Positions 43,661-55,284 of a stretch of 58,122 bases of DNA are shown piece after piece (positions within the stretch are counted from its first letter, which is position 1; every line of letters starts with the position of its first letter). Below the pieces are notes generated by a model that saw only the letters and a list, made by a program, of their open reading frames with translations, was not told the DNA's origin and ran no database searches. Both the position numbers and the translations under genes were made by a program. The stretch lies in NCBI GenBank assembly GCA_047514485.1, contig JAKZYK010000057.1, positions 1-58,122 of the forward strand, read 5' to 3'. Source of the stretch: Gammaproteobacteria bacterium (GTDB taxonomy: Bacteria > Pseudomonadota > Gammaproteobacteria > HK1).

Positions 43661-44968
43661 ATGACGGTGAGACGACAACGCCCACATCCGCTGGGCTCGC
43701 AGAGCGCTTTCGGCCCGGGAATTGCGAAGCGTCGATCAGTCAAACAGGAGGGAACCCCCCCGAGCGGATTCGATCGCTGGCTCGTACGGCGAATCGCGGC
43801 CAAAGTGGGCGACCCGGACGTCGCGTTCGCACTATGGGACGGTGAAGACGCGTACCGTCCACCGGACGAGTACCACGGGCGCATCATCTTTCGCGATCGG
43901 GGCGCATTGCTCTCGGTGGTCTTCAGCCCGGAGCTCGGATTCGGGGATGCGTTCAGCGCAGGACGGATCGAGGTTGCCGGCGATCTCATCGACGTGCTCG
44001 CGCGCTGCTATCGAAGCCAGGAGCGCGCCGGTGAGGCCGCGGCCAAGCGCAACGCACTGGGCCGGCTGCCGAAGCCGCGCCCCAACACCACGACCGGATC
44101 GCGGCGGCACATCCAGCATCACTACGACCTGGGCAATGACTTCTATCGTTTGTGGCTCGACGATGCGATGGTCTACACCTGTGCGTACTACGACAGGCCG
44201 GACGCCTCGCTCGAGCAGGCGCAGCGGGCGAAACACGACCATGTCTGCCGCAAGCTGATGCTCCGACCGGGCCAGCACGTCATCGAGGCCGGCTGTGGAT
44301 GGGGCGCGCTCGCCCTGCACATGGCGCGCGAGTACGGCGTCAAGGTCCGCGCATTCAACATCTCGCAGGAGCAGATCGCTTACGCGCGCGAGCGCGCGTC
44401 GCGGGAGGGCATGGACAGCATGGTGGAGTTCGTGCAAGACGATTACCGCAACATCGAAGGCACCTGCGACGCATTCGTCTCGGTGGGCATGCTCGAGCAC
44501 GTCGGCGTTCAGCACTACCGGACCCTCGGCAAGGTCATCGCCCGCTCGCTCAAATCCACCGGTCTCGCGCTCATTCACAGCGTCGGCCGCAATCGCCCCA
44601 CCCCGGTCAACGCATGGTTGGAGCAGCGGATCTTTCCCGGCAGCTATCCGCCGAGTCTGCAGGAGATGATGACAATCTTCGAGCCGTTCAACTTCTCCAT
44701 CATCGACGTCGAGAACCTCCGGCTTCACTACGCGCGCACGCTGCAGGAGTGGCTGGCGCGGTTCGACCGCGCGGCGGATAAGGTCCGGGCGATGTACGAC
44801 GAGGAGTTCGTCCGGGCGTGGCGGCTGTATCTGGCGGGGTGCTCGGCCGCGTTCTTCACCAACTCCACCCAGCTATTCCAGGTGGTGGGCGCGCCCTCCG
44901 GCAACAACGACGTCCCGTGGACCCGCGCTCACGTCTATCCGCCGCCAGCGAAGTCCGCGGGCGGCTGA
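43661..44968 (+). CDS. cfa: Cyclopropane-fatty-acyl-phospholipid synthase family SAM methyltransferase
   Basis: HYDLGNDFY, MVYTCAY, EAGCGWG, SVGMLEHVG, IFPG, HYARTL. Confidence 0.9.
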   Translation: MTVRRQRPHPLGSQSAFGPGIAKRRSVKQEGTPPSGFDRWLVRRIAAKVGDPDVAFALWDGEDAYRPPDEYHGRIIFRDRGALLSVVFSPELGFGDAFSAGRIEVAGDLIDVLARCYRSQERAGEAAAKRNALGRLPKPRPNTTTGSRRHIQHHYDLGNDFYRLWLDDAMVYTCAYYDRPDASLEQAQRAKHDHVCRKLMLRPGQHVIEAGCGWGALALHMAREYGVKVRAFNISQEQIAYARERASREGMDSMVEFVQDDYRNIEGTCDAFVSVGMLEHVGVQHYRTLGKVIARSLKSTGLALIHSVGRNRPTPVNAWLEQRIFPGSYPPSLQEMMTIFEPFNFSIIDVENLRLHYARTLQEWLARFDRAADKVRAMYDEEFVRAWRLYLAGCSAAFFTNSTQLFQVVGAPSGNNDVPWTRAHVYPPPAKSAGG

Positions 44969-44971
44969 TCG

Positions 44972-45994
44972 GTGGAGACGATCGACGTCATCATCGTGGG
45001 CGGCGGTCCGGCCGGCTCCGCGTGCGCATCGCGCCTCGTACAGGCCGGCGCCTCGGTGCTCGTGCTCGACCGCGCGGAGTTTCCCCGTACGAAGCTCTGC
45101 GCGGGGTGGATCACCCCGGACGTGGTCACGGATCTGAACCTTGACGTGGAGGCGTACCCGCACCGGTTCAACACCTTCAACGGGATCGTGGTGCACCTCA
45201 AATGGCTGACGTTCACGCTTCCGAGCGTGCAGCACTCGATCCGCCGCTTCGAGTTCGACGACTATCTGCTGCGCGGTAGCGGCGCCCGGATCCACACTCA
45301 CAATGTACGCAGCATCGAGCGCGACGCCGACGGCTTTATCGTCGACAGCGTTTTCCGATCGAAGTATCTCGTCGGTGCCGGTGGCACCCGGTGCCCCGTC
45401 TATCGCACGCTCTTTCGTGACGCCAATCCGCGCGCCCGTGAGCTGCAGGCGGCGACGTACGAGCACGAGTTTGCCCATCGCTGGGACGACGAGCGATGTC
45501 ATCTGTGGTTTTTCGACAAGGGTCTGCCCGGATACGCATGGTACGTCCCGAAGGCGGACGGCTATCTGAACTGCGGCATGGGGGCGATGGCGGAGAAGCT
45601 CAAGACGCGCGGCGAGGACATCAAGCAGCACTGGAATCACTTCACTGGAATGCTCGCACGCCGCGGGCTCGTCGAGGGTGCCGAGCTTGCCCCGAAGGGA
45701 TACAGCTACTATCTGCGCGGCGGCGTCGAGGTGGTGCGGATCGGAAACGCGTTCATCACCGGAGACTCGGTCGGTCTCGCGACGCGGGATCTCTGTGAAG
45801 GGATCGGCCCTGCGATCTCCAGCGGCCATCGCGTCGCGGAGTCGATCGTCGAGGGCACGGAGTACCGTCTCGACGACCTCGCAGCATTCAGTTCGAACGT
45901 CGGGCTCGTGCAGCGGTTGCTCGAACGGGCTTTCGCGGGCGGGAGGCTCCCGCCTGCGAAAGTTCTCCCGGCACGGGAAGCGGCGAGCGCCTGA
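44972..45994 (+). CDS. FAD-dependent oxidoreductase, geranylgeranyl reductase family
   Basis: IVGGGPAGS, FPRTKLCAG, RRFEFDDYL, GYAWYVPK, GDSVGL...EGIGPA; starts 3 bp after cfa. Confidence 0.88.
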   Translation: METIDVIIVGGGPAGSACASRLVQAGASVLVLDRAEFPRTKLCAGWITPDVVTDLNLDVEAYPHRFNTFNGIVVHLKWLTFTLPSVQHSIRRFEFDDYLLRGSGARIHTHNVRSIERDADGFIVDSVFRSKYLVGAGGTRCPVYRTLFRDANPRARELQAATYEHEFAHRWDDERCHLWFFDKGLPGYAWYVPKADGYLNCGMGAMAEKLKTRGEDIKQHWNHFTGMLARRGLVEGAELAPKGYSYYLRGGVEVVRIGNAFITGDSVGLATRDLCEGIGPAISSGHRVAESIVEGTEYRLDDLAAFSSNVGLVQRLLERAFAGGRLPPAKVLPAREAASA

Positions 45995-46080
45995 GCCGTC
46001 CGCCCACAGTCCGTCCCGCTGGGGCGTCATGCCCTTGCAGTGTCTCGCATTTGTGGAAACAAAATTCATCGTTCACGTGA

Positions 46081-46135
46081 GATATTCAATATAACAATAT
46101 GATTTATTTCAAAAATAGAGATTCTTATATCTAAT
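46081..46135. promoter_or_regulatory. Very AT-rich segment upstream of the ABC-F gene, possible IHF site/UP element
   Basis: 9 G/C in 55 nt; minus strand AATCAT-ATTG-TTA resembles IHF WATCAA-N4-TTR. Confidence 0.4.
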
Positions 46136-46168
46136 GACAAGGTTTCCGAGGTCCGAGATAAGCCTCCC

Positions 46169-48094
46169 ATGATTCGGCTGGACGACGTCGAGCTTCGCCG
46201 TGGCGGCGTCCAGGTTCTCGATCATGCAAGTCTGGTGGTGCAGCGCCGGCAGAAGGTCGGCGTGGTGGGCGCGAACGGCGCCGGCAAGTCGAGCCTGATC
46301 GCGTTGCTGCTCGGCGAGCTCGATCCCGATCGAGGCGATGTCGAGCTGCCTGCCGGCATCGCGACCGCGACCATCGCTCAGGAAGCGCCGTCGGGGGACA
46401 TCCTCCTCATCGACTACGTGGTATCCGGTGACCCGCGCATCGCGTCGATCCGCACTCGGCTAGCGGGTGCCGAGGCGCGTGGCGACACCGATTCCGAAGC
46501 GGCGGCGCACGCCGACCTCGAAGCCATCCATGGCTATTCCGCGGAGGCGGATGCGAGCCGCATCCTGCGCGGACTCGGCTTCGCGCCGGGCGACGAGTCG
46601 CGGAAGCTGGACGCTCTGTCCGGCGGTTGGAGAATGCGCGCCGCGCTCGCGCGGACCCTCGCCGCACCGTCGGATCTTCTCCTTCTCGACGAACCCACGA
46701 ACCATCTCGACCTCGACGCGATCGTCTGGCTGGAGGTTTGGCTGCGACGCTACACCGGGACGCTCCTGCTCATCTCCCACGACCGGGAGTTTCTGGATCC
46801 GATCGTCGATCACGTCGCCCTGGTCCGGGGTGGTCGCATCTCGGTCTACACCGGGAACTACAGTGCATTCGAGCGGCTCCGCGCCGCCGAGATCGAGCAC
46901 TCGCGCCGGACGGCCGAACGCGGGCAGCGCGAGCGGGCCCGGATGGAGGCGTTCGTCGAACGTTTCCGGTACAAGGCGAGCAAGGCGCGGCAGGCGCAGA
47001 GCCGGCTCAAGGCGCTCGAACGGATGCAGGTGATCGCGCCCCTCCATCCGCAGAAGCGGTTCGCGTTCGACTTCTTCGAGCCGGAACGGTCTCCCCGGCC
47101 GGTGGTGAAGATCGAGGCGGCTTCATTCGGATACGGCGACCGCACAGTGCTGAGCGCGGTTTCGATGACTCTGGCGCCCGGGGATCGAATCGCTCTGCTC
47201 GGGGCGAACGGGATGGGCAAGTCGACCCTGTTGCGGGGGATAGCGGGGCGGCTCGCATTGGGCGCCGGGTCGGTCGAGCACTCGCCTTACGCGAGGATCG
47301 GCTACTTCGCGCAACACCGGCTCGAACAGCTCGATCCGCATCGCACCCCGCTCGAGCTCGTGCGCGACGTTGTGCCCGGAATGCGCGAGCAGGAAATGCG
47401 CAATTTCCTCGGAGGGTTCGGATTCGCGCACGCGCCGGCGACGCGCTGCGTCGCACCTCTGTCCGGCGGTGAAAAGACCCGCCTCGCCCTCGCGTTGCTG
47501 ATCCTGGAACGTCCCAATCTTCTCCTGCTCGACGAGCCGACGAATCATCTCGATCTCGACATGCGCCACGCGCTCGCGACCGCGCTGCAATCGTTCTCCG
47601 GCGCACTGGTGCTGGTGTCGCACGATCGTCATCTGCTGCGGCTGGTGAGCGACTCTCTGTGGCTCGTCGCGGACGGGCGCGCCGTGCCTTTCGAGGGTGA
47701 TATCGACGACTACGGCCAATGGCTTTCGGAGAGCCACGCGGCGCAGACGCTCGATGAGCCACGGGCCGGCGGCGTGACGACGGTAGCGGCACGACGCGAA
47801 CGACGGCGGCAGTTGGCGGAGGAGCGGCGCCGGGCCGTCCCGATCAGGCGCGAGATCGAAAAGCTCGAGCGCCGGCTGGGCGCGTTGAGCGACGAGCGGG
47901 CGTCGATCGAGTCGGTCCTGGCCGGCGGCGCGATCTATGACCAGGACGAGCGCCCGCGGCTGCACGCGCTGCTCGTGCGGCGGGGGAAGCTCGATGCGGA
48001 GATCACGACCATCGAATCGACCTGGCTCGAGAAGAGCGAACAGCTCGACGCGATGCGCGAATCCGGAACCGGCGCGTCACGCGGGATGCAATGA
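46169..48094 (+). CDS. ABC-F family ATPase (YheS-like)
   Basis: Two ABC cassettes (GANGAGKS, LSGGW, LLDEPTNHLD; GANGMGKS, LSGGEK), no TM segments, C-terminal coiled coil. Confidence 0.93.
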   Translation: MIRLDDVELRRGGVQVLDHASLVVQRRQKVGVVGANGAGKSSLIALLLGELDPDRGDVELPAGIATATIAQEAPSGDILLIDYVVSGDPRIASIRTRLAGAEARGDTDSEAAAHADLEAIHGYSAEADASRILRGLGFAPGDESRKLDALSGGWRMRAALARTLAAPSDLLLLDEPTNHLDLDAIVWLEVWLRRYTGTLLLISHDREFLDPIVDHVALVRGGRISVYTGNYSAFERLRAAEIEHSRRTAERGQRERARMEAFVERFRYKASKARQAQSRLKALERMQVIAPLHPQKRFAFDFFEPERSPRPVVKIEAASFGYGDRTVLSAVSMTLAPGDRIALLGANGMGKSTLLRGIAGRLALGAGSVEHSPYARIGYFAQHRLEQLDPHRTPLELVRDVVPGMREQEMRNFLGGFGFAHAPATRCVAPLSGGEKTRLALALLILERPNLLLLDEPTNHLDLDMRHALATALQSFSGALVLVSHDRHLLRLVSDSLWLVADGRAVPFEGDIDDYGQWLSESHAAQTLDEPRAGGVTTVAARRERRRQLAEERRRAVPIRREIEKLERRLGALSDERASIESVLAGGAIYDQDERPRLHALLVRRGKLDAEITTIESTWLEKSEQLDAMRESGTGASRGMQ

Positions 48095-49756
48095 CGGCAG
48101 CCGGTCCATCGCCGCACGGCGCCGCGGCGACGGGGGCGGTCCGAGCTCTCGGGGAAGTCGGGCGGCCAACGACTGCCCGGCCCAATCGCTGTCCCGAGTC
48201 GCCCACAACGCCCGGTCGATATCCAGGATCGTCTCGGCGAGCGGCTCGTCATGGACCCGCGCCGCGAGAACAATGAGATCGCGAGGGGGCGATTCCGGCC
48301 AGACCAGTCCGGCCCAGTGGAGCAGGGCGCCGCGCGCCGCGCGCGGGTCCGCGTCGCGGCAAGCATCCAGCACGCGGCGCCGCGCCGCGTCCGTGTCACG
48401 CGGCAGCGTCTCAGCCGGCGACGATGATACGGTGTCGCTACGGCGCCGCCGGCCGAGAACGCGCAGCAACGCACCCAGCGTCACCAGCCACACGACGGTC
48501 AAGGCCGCGCTGATGCCCTGCCAGAGTCGCGGACTCACTTCGGGCGCCGCCGGTGGAGCGGCGAGGGCGGGGCGGGACGCCACCCCGGCAGTGGCCGGCG
48601 CTGCTGCGACGGCAATCGTCCGCGCCGGGATCCGAGCAGTGCGCGGCGCATCCGCCTCGACGTCCCACCACTCCACCTGCAGCTCCGGGATCTTCAGCTC
48701 CCCTGCCGCGCCCGGTACCATCGCGACGTGCTGAACGCGCTCCCCGTACACCGCATGCCCATCGGCGCGGGTCACGATGGAAGGCTGGTCGGGGTAGATC
48801 CGCGCGCTGTCGATGGCGGGAGGTTCAATCGGCGGCAGTTGCTCGCCGGTGAGTCCCTCCGCGCCGAGGCGCAGCGTCCAGGTCACCGGCTCGCCAGCGA
48901 CGAGCCGGGATGGCTCCTCGGACCATTCTTCGGAGAGGGTGACGGCGTGGGCGGGCAGCCATGGCGTCGCGGCCGCGCGGGGCCGGGGCTTCACCACCAC
49001 CTCGACCGGCTGCGTTGCGATACGTACCCGGCGTCCCTCCCCGAACAGACGGCCCATCGTCGATGCAGCGCCCGCCTCGGCTATGCGCGCATCGAGACGA
49101 AACGCGGGCAGCGTGAGCCGACCGCTCGCCTTCGGGAACACCGCGAACCGGCGTTCGATGACCCGGTAGCGCCGGCCGTCGACGACCTTGGCGTACGTCG
49201 CATCCTTGCCGAGGCGGTGGGTGACGGTGCCGTCGGGGTTGAAGTCCGAGAGCTTCGCTTCGAGGAACTCCGCCGCCCGGTAGATGCGCAGCACGCATAC
49301 AAGCTGAGACTGGACGTAGACGGCTTGCGGCGTCACTTCCACTTCGAGAAAGACATCGCGCGCGGATCCTGCCGCTGCCGATGAGGCCGGCAGGACCTCG
49401 AGCACGATGGCCGGGCTCGTCATCGTTCCCACCCTCAGAGGATCGAGGGTGATTCGCCCCGAGCGATTGGGGGCCAGCTCGATGATCCATTCGGTCCGCA
49501 CGCTCCGGGTGCCGTTCTCGATGGCGACGTGCGTGCTCGTCGACTGCCCGAGGATCTCGAAGTCGCGCCGCAACGGTGTGAGGTCAGGCCGCGCGCCGCC
49601 TGCCTGCGTATCCGCCTCGATGATCAGGTGCACCGTCTCGTCGTCGTGGATCGGATTGCGATCGAGGCGAGCATCGAGTGTCTGCGCGCAGGCGTCGCCG
49701 AGGGTGAGCACCGCGGCGGCCGCCGCCGCCGCGAACGAGAGTGTCGGCGGGTTCAC
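48077..49756 (-). CDS. batD: BatD family protein
   Basis: Signal peptide, LDRNPI..ETVHL, VYVQSQL, YRVIERRFAVFP, GEPVT, YPDQP, WWDV, C-terminal TM; GTG overlaps upstream stop. Confidence 0.85.
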   Translation of the reverse strand: MNPPTLSFAAAAAAAVLTLGDACAQTLDARLDRNPIHDDETVHLIIEADTQAGGARPDLTPLRRDFEILGQSTSTHVAIENGTRSVRTEWIIELAPNRSGRITLDPLRVGTMTSPAIVLEVLPASSAAAGSARDVFLEVEVTPQAVYVQSQLVCVLRIYRAAEFLEAKLSDFNPDGTVTHRLGKDATYAKVVDGRRYRVIERRFAVFPKASGRLTLPAFRLDARIAEAGAASTMGRLFGEGRRVRIATQPVEVVVKPRPRAAATPWLPAHAVTLSEEWSEEPSRLVAGEPVTWTLRLGAEGLTGEQLPPIEPPAIDSARIYPDQPSIVTRADGHAVYGERVQHVAMVPGAAGELKIPELQVEWWDVEADAPRTARIPARTIAVAAAPATAGVASRPALAAPPAAPEVSPRLWQGISAALTVVWLVTLGALLRVLGRRRRSDTVSSSPAETLPRDTDAARRRVLDACRDADPRAARGALLHWAGLVWPESPPRDLIVLAARVHDEPLAETILDIDRALWATRDSDWAGQSLAARLPRELGPPPSPRRRAAMDRLPSLHPA

Positions 49757-50253
49757 GCGCGCCGGATCCAGTGCTCGCACGCAGCGAGGGCGCGTGCCGC
49801 GTCGAAGCGGCACGCGCGTGCGTACGGAGCGTCGAGCAGTGCGGTACGCGCGGCACTCCCGACCCCGAAACTGGGCGCGGGCCCGCTCCAGGGCCTGGGA
49901 TCGGGGAGCGCCGATTCGAGCCAGGCGATCCAATGTTCACCGGTCAGTCCCGCCACTTCTTCGCGCGGGCGGCGGGCGAGGGCGACGCGGCGAACGAGCG
50001 TGGACAGCTCCATCGCGATCTCGGTCTCCGGCGCGCCGGCCCGATGACGGGCGCGAAGGGACCGCAGGCTCCCGAGCGCTTCGCGCCGGAAACGCTCGGC
50101 GCGCCACCAACGCGCGGCGATGACCGCCGCGGCGACCCCGGCCGCCGTCACGACGCAGGCGGCCGCGATCCACCCGGGAGCCGGAGGCCAGAACCCGGGC
50201 GGATCCGGGACGCGGATGTCGCGGAGAGCGGCGAGCGGGTCGGCCGGATTCAT
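49753..50253 (-). CDS. DUF4381 membrane protein
   Basis: LRDIRVPDPPGFWPPAPGW, VAGLTGEHWIAWL. Confidence 0.85.
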   Translation of the reverse strand: MNPADPLAALRDIRVPDPPGFWPPAPGWIAAACVVTAAGVAAAVIAARWWRAERFRREALGSLRSLRARHRAGAPETEIAMELSTLVRRVALARRPREEVAGLTGEHWIAWLESALPDPRPWSGPAPSFGVGSAARTALLDAPYARACRFDAARALAACEHWIRRA

Positions 50254-51319
50254 CGGGACGGGTAGCCCGATCGGCGGATCCGGCCGGTCAGCGTCTCGCG
50301 CAGCACGGCCCGAACGTCGTCGCCGCAACTGATGCGCACCAGTACCGCGCCGGCGCGCCGGCACCCGGAGGTAATCTGCGTCTCGATGTCCTCGAAGCGG
50401 TGCGTGATGGCCTGTGCGACCTCGCTCGATCGCGCATCGAGGGTCGCGGTGCGGCGACCATCGCCGATCGGGTAGCGGGCCGGTGGCGGTGGCATGGATT
50501 CGAGCCGATCGTAGATCCACACGCAGAGCAGGTCGTTGTGCTCTCGCAGCTTGGCTAGCTGCCGGTCCACCGAGTCCCGCAGCCCGCTGAAATCACTGAT
50601 CACGATGACCAGCGTTCCGGGCCGCGCGAGCCGGTGCGTGCGCGGCAACGCATCCCCGAGACCGTCTCCCGTGCGCAGTCCTTTTGTCACGTTCTCAATC
50701 CCGGCGAGGGTGCGGATGAGCGCGAGCGCCCCGCGCCATCCGCCCTTGATGCGGGATTCGGCCGTATGCTCGCCGGCGAACACGAGCCCGCCGACGCGAT
50801 CGCCGTTCGCCACCGCGGCCCATGCGAGCAGCGAAGCCGTCTCGGCCGCCACCACCGACTTGAATGCCCGCCGGGTGCCGAACCGCATGTGCTCGCCGAG
50901 ATCCACGACGAAGAGAATCGGGCGATCGCGCTCCTCGTGGAAGAGCTTCGTATGGGCGCGGCCGGTGCGTGCGGTCACTCGCCAGTCGATACTGCGGATA
51001 TCGTCACCGGGCAGGTAGATTCTCGACTCCGAGTACTCCATCCCGCGGCCCCGGAGCCGCGATACTCGGGCGCCCGCTCGACCGCCGCGTCTGGAGCGCT
51101 GCGCGTCCAGAGACAGGCCGGCGGCGTGCGCACGCAAGCCGACCAGATCGGCGGTGGAGAACGTGACCCCCGCCAACCCGCGGGCTTCTCCGGTGGTCGT
51201 AGCGGAGGCGTCGGGACGCGGCCGGGTCCACGGGAACGGACCGGACGACGATGAAGGGCGTGCCGGATCCGGACGAAGTGCCGGTGGCACTTCGTCCCGG
51301 CGGGGAGCGCGCCCCGCGC

Positions 51320-51323
<4 letters not shown>
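50250..51323 (-). CDS. DUF58 protein (MoxR-associated)
   Basis: GRGMEYSESRIYLPGDDIRSIDWRVTAR, EERDR, GDRVGG, ISDF. Confidence 0.9.
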
Positions 51324-52327
<1,004 letters not shown>

Positions 52328-52379
52328 GTCGATTGCGGTGACGGTCGTATCCTGTGCTCGCGGAATATTATCGTACGTC

Positions 52380-53549
52380 TCAGTCCCGTCGCAGAGCATC
52401 GTTGACTGCGATCGGAGTCGGATAGCGCTGCATGATCAGGTAGCTCGATACGATGAACGTGAGTAGCGTGGCCGCATGAATCGTGTACGCGGCATGCGGA
52501 CCGATGACGCCGCCTCCCGACGCGATGACTGCGATCAGCAGTGAGAACTCGCTGAGCTGCCCCAGACGCGCGCCAATCTCGCTCGAGAGCCGGCCCGGCT
52601 CGCCTTCGCGCCGCAGCAGCCATCGAAAGACCGCCGGCTTCAGCGCCAGCATCAACCCGCCCAGGCAGGCCGCGGGAAGCGCGACATCAGCTAGAACGGG
52701 AATCGGAAATCCAGCTCCGAGCGCGAAGAAGAACATCACGAGGAAGAAATCGCGCAGCGGCTTGAGAGATTCCGCGATGAACGTCGCGACGGGGCTCCTG
52801 GCGAGGGCGACGCCGGCGACGAATGCACCGATTTCGTGCGAGAGCCCCATGGCGTAGCCAAGCTGGGAGACGCCGAGACACCACCCAATCGCGACGAGAA
52901 AGACGTACTCCCGAATCGTGTCGAAGCGACGGATGAGAGGCATCAGGACCCACCGTTCCATCGCCGCCGACACCGCGACGATCGCCGGCAGCGCCGCCGC
53001 GAGGAGCAGAGCGCCCGCAACCGAGAGCGACGGCCGGGACGCTGCGTCCAGACCGAGCAGCATGACGATCGCGATGATGTCCTGAAGCAACAGCACACTG
53101 ATCATGATCTCGCCGGCGCGCCGGTGATGCAGCGCCGTCGTGGGAAGCAGCTTCAGCCCGATGATCGTGCTCGAGAACATCGAGAGCGCACCGATCACCA
53201 GCGCCTCGGGCAGGGTGAAATCGAATGCGAGCGCCACCGCCGAGCCTGCGACCGCGAACACGAGGCAGCTCGACACCGTGACCACTGTCGCCTCGCGCAT
53301 CATCCGCGCGAGCTTCTGGGGATGCAGGTTGAGGCCGAGCAGATACAGCAGGAAGATGATCCCGATCTCGCCGATCCCCTGCGCCGTCGTCGCGTCCTCG
53401 ATCAGACCGAGTCCCCACGGCCCGACGAGCACGCCAAGCGCGATGTACGCGACCAGCATGGACTGGCGCGCGAACAGCGCGAGTCCGGCGATGATCGCGG
53501 CCCCGGTGAAGATCAGGAAGATCGTGAATAAGATGGACTCGCCGTGCAC
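52380..53549 (-). CDS. CPA2 cation:proton antiporter (no TrkA-N/KTN domain)
   Basis: Polytopic; FSSTIIGLKLL, LLLQD, GAFVAGVALA, LRDFFLVMFF, GQLSEFS. Confidence 0.9.
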   Translation of the reverse strand: MHGESILFTIFLIFTGAAIIAGLALFARQSMLVAYIALGVLVGPWGLGLIEDATTAQGIGEIGIIFLLYLLGLNLHPQKLARMMREATVVTVSSCLVFAVAGSAVALAFDFTLPEALVIGALSMFSSTIIGLKLLPTTALHHRRAGEIMISVLLLQDIIAIVMLLGLDAASRPSLSVAGALLLAAALPAIVAVSAAMERWVLMPLIRRFDTIREYVFLVAIGWCLGVSQLGYAMGLSHEIGAFVAGVALARSPVATFIAESLKPLRDFFLVMFFFALGAGFPIPVLADVALPAACLGGLMLALKPAVFRWLLRREGEPGRLSSEIGARLGQLSEFSLLIAVIASGGGVIGPHAAYTIHAATLLTFIVSSYLIMQRYPTPIAVNDALRRD

Positions 53550-53727
53550 TCGTCCTCCGGGTCATCCGGGCGCGCGATCGGCGCGAATTGGATCAGACGC
53601 GCGCTGCGTCACTTGGTCATTGAAGGCGACCATTGACGGTGGCGACCCCGGCTCGACCCGCGCGAGAGATCCGGTACCGGTGACGGACCGGCAGGGGAGG
53701 GGGGATAATCACCGGCAGTGACCACGG

Positions 53728-54678
53728 TCACCGCGTATCGACGCGTGCGAGCGCTCCGAGGTGCGTCGCCACGCATCGCGGCAGCACCTCGACGTTGTAT
53801 CCGCCCTCGAGCATCGACAGCACGCGCCCGCCAGCATACCTGTCGGCGATCTCCATGATTCTCTCGCTCATCCAGCCGAAGCATTCCGTGCTCAAGCGGA
53901 CCTGCGCGAGAGGGTCGGCGGCATGCGCATCGAATCCGGCGGAGAGGATCACGAATTCCGGGGCGAAGGCTTCGGCGGCGGGCAGAATCCGGCCGGTGAA
54001 CGCGCGCTGGTACTCCTGGTCGCCGGCTCCGGCCGGCACCGGGCAGTTGACGGTCGCGCCGGCGCCGCGGCCGATTCCGGTCTCCGATGCAGATCCTGTC
54101 CCGGGGTAGTACGGGTACTGGTGGATGCTGGCGTACATCACAGACGGATCTTCCTCGAACGTGTGCTGGGTACCGTTTCCGTGATGGACGTCGAAATCGA
54201 GGATCAAAATCTTGCCCACGCCGTGGGCGCGTTGGAGGTAACGGGCCGCGATCGCCACGTTGTTGAACAGGCAGAAGCCCAGCGCCGTGCCCTGCTCGGC
54301 ATGGTGGCCGGGCGGGCGGCTCAGCGCGAAGCCGTTCTCGACGTCTCCCGCGACGATGCGGTCTGCCAGTGCCAGAGCGCCCCCTGCCGCGAGGCGGGCC
54401 ACGTCGCTGCTCCGGCGTGAGATCCCGACGTCGGCCACGTCGAGGAACGGCGCGCCGGCACGGCACGTCTCTTCCGCGCGGGCAATGTAGCTCGCGTCGT
54501 GCACCGTTTCGATCCAAGCCGGGTCCGCCATCGCCGCGTCGACGCGCACCAGATCGCCGAACCAGTCGCAGTCCTCGAGCCAGGCCATCGTCGAGACGAG
54601 GCGTTCGCTCCGCTCCGGGTGGCCGTGGCCAGCATCATGATCGAGGAAGCGGGAGTCGTAGAGAAATCCTGTCGTCAT
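53728..54678 (-). CDS. Histone deacetylase family (Zn-dependent amidohydrolase)
   Basis: HPERSERL, RPPGHHA, GFCLFNN, DFDVHHGNGT, SAGFDAH, LEGGY. Confidence 0.94.
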   Translation of the reverse strand: MTTGFLYDSRFLDHDAGHGHPERSERLVSTMAWLEDCDWFGDLVRVDAAMADPAWIETVHDASYIARAEETCRAGAPFLDVADVGISRRSSDVARLAAGGALALADRIVAGDVENGFALSRPPGHHAEQGTALGFCLFNNVAIAARYLQRAHGVGKILILDFDVHHGNGTQHTFEEDPSVMYASIHQYPYYPGTGSASETGIGRGAGATVNCPVPAGAGDQEYQRAFTGRILPAAEAFAPEFVILSAGFDAHAADPLAQVRLSTECFGWMSERIMEIADRYAGGRVLSMLEGGYNVEVLPRCVATHLGALARVDTR

Positions 54679-54688
54679 CGCCGCTGCC

Positions 54689-55210
54689 TCATTCCTGTAC
54701 GCGCAGCTCCGCGCGGTACCACCGGGCCTTCTCGACGTAGTGACGGGCAATCCGCTCGATGCCGGCGGCGTCCTCTTCGGTCAAGGTGCGCACGACCCGG
54801 GCCGGCGATCCAACGACGAGCGAGCGCTCCGGGATCACCTTTCCCTCCGGAACGAGTGCGCTCGTTCCGACGAGGCTTCCGCGGCCGATGACCGCGTGAT
54901 TGAGCACCACCGCGTTGATCCCGACGAGCGCGCCATCTTCCACGGTGCATCCATGCAGCATCGCATGGTGGCCCACGCTCACGTTCGCGCCCAGGGTAAG
55001 CGGGACGCCTTCATCGACATGGAGGACCGCCGCATCCTGAATGTTGGTGCCGTCGCCGATGGCGATGACATCGTTGTCGCCGCGAACGACGCTGTTGAAC
55101 CAGACACTCGCGCCGTGGCCCAGGATGACCGAGCCGACCACGACCGCGTTGTCGGCCACGTAGAAATCCCCGCGTGTCTCGACGCGGCGATCACCAAGGG
55201 TATAGATCAT
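54689..55210 (-). CDS. Gamma carbonic anhydrase family protein
   Basis: VWFNSVVRGD, NIQDAAVLH, GHHAMLHGC hexapeptide repeats. Confidence 0.92.
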   Translation of the reverse strand: MIYTLGDRRVETRGDFYVADNAVVVGSVILGHGASVWFNSVVRGDNDVIAIGDGTNIQDAAVLHVDEGVPLTLGANVSVGHHAMLHGCTVEDGALVGINAVVLNHAVIGRGSLVGTSALVPEGKVIPERSLVVGSPARVVRTLTEEDAAGIERIARHYVEKARWYRAELRVQE

Positions 55211-55284
55211 GGGTTCGAAGTCCGTGCGTACGGGACGGCTCGATCCGGCCCGGTGCGAGTAGTCTACCCGCTCGCCAGTGAGAT

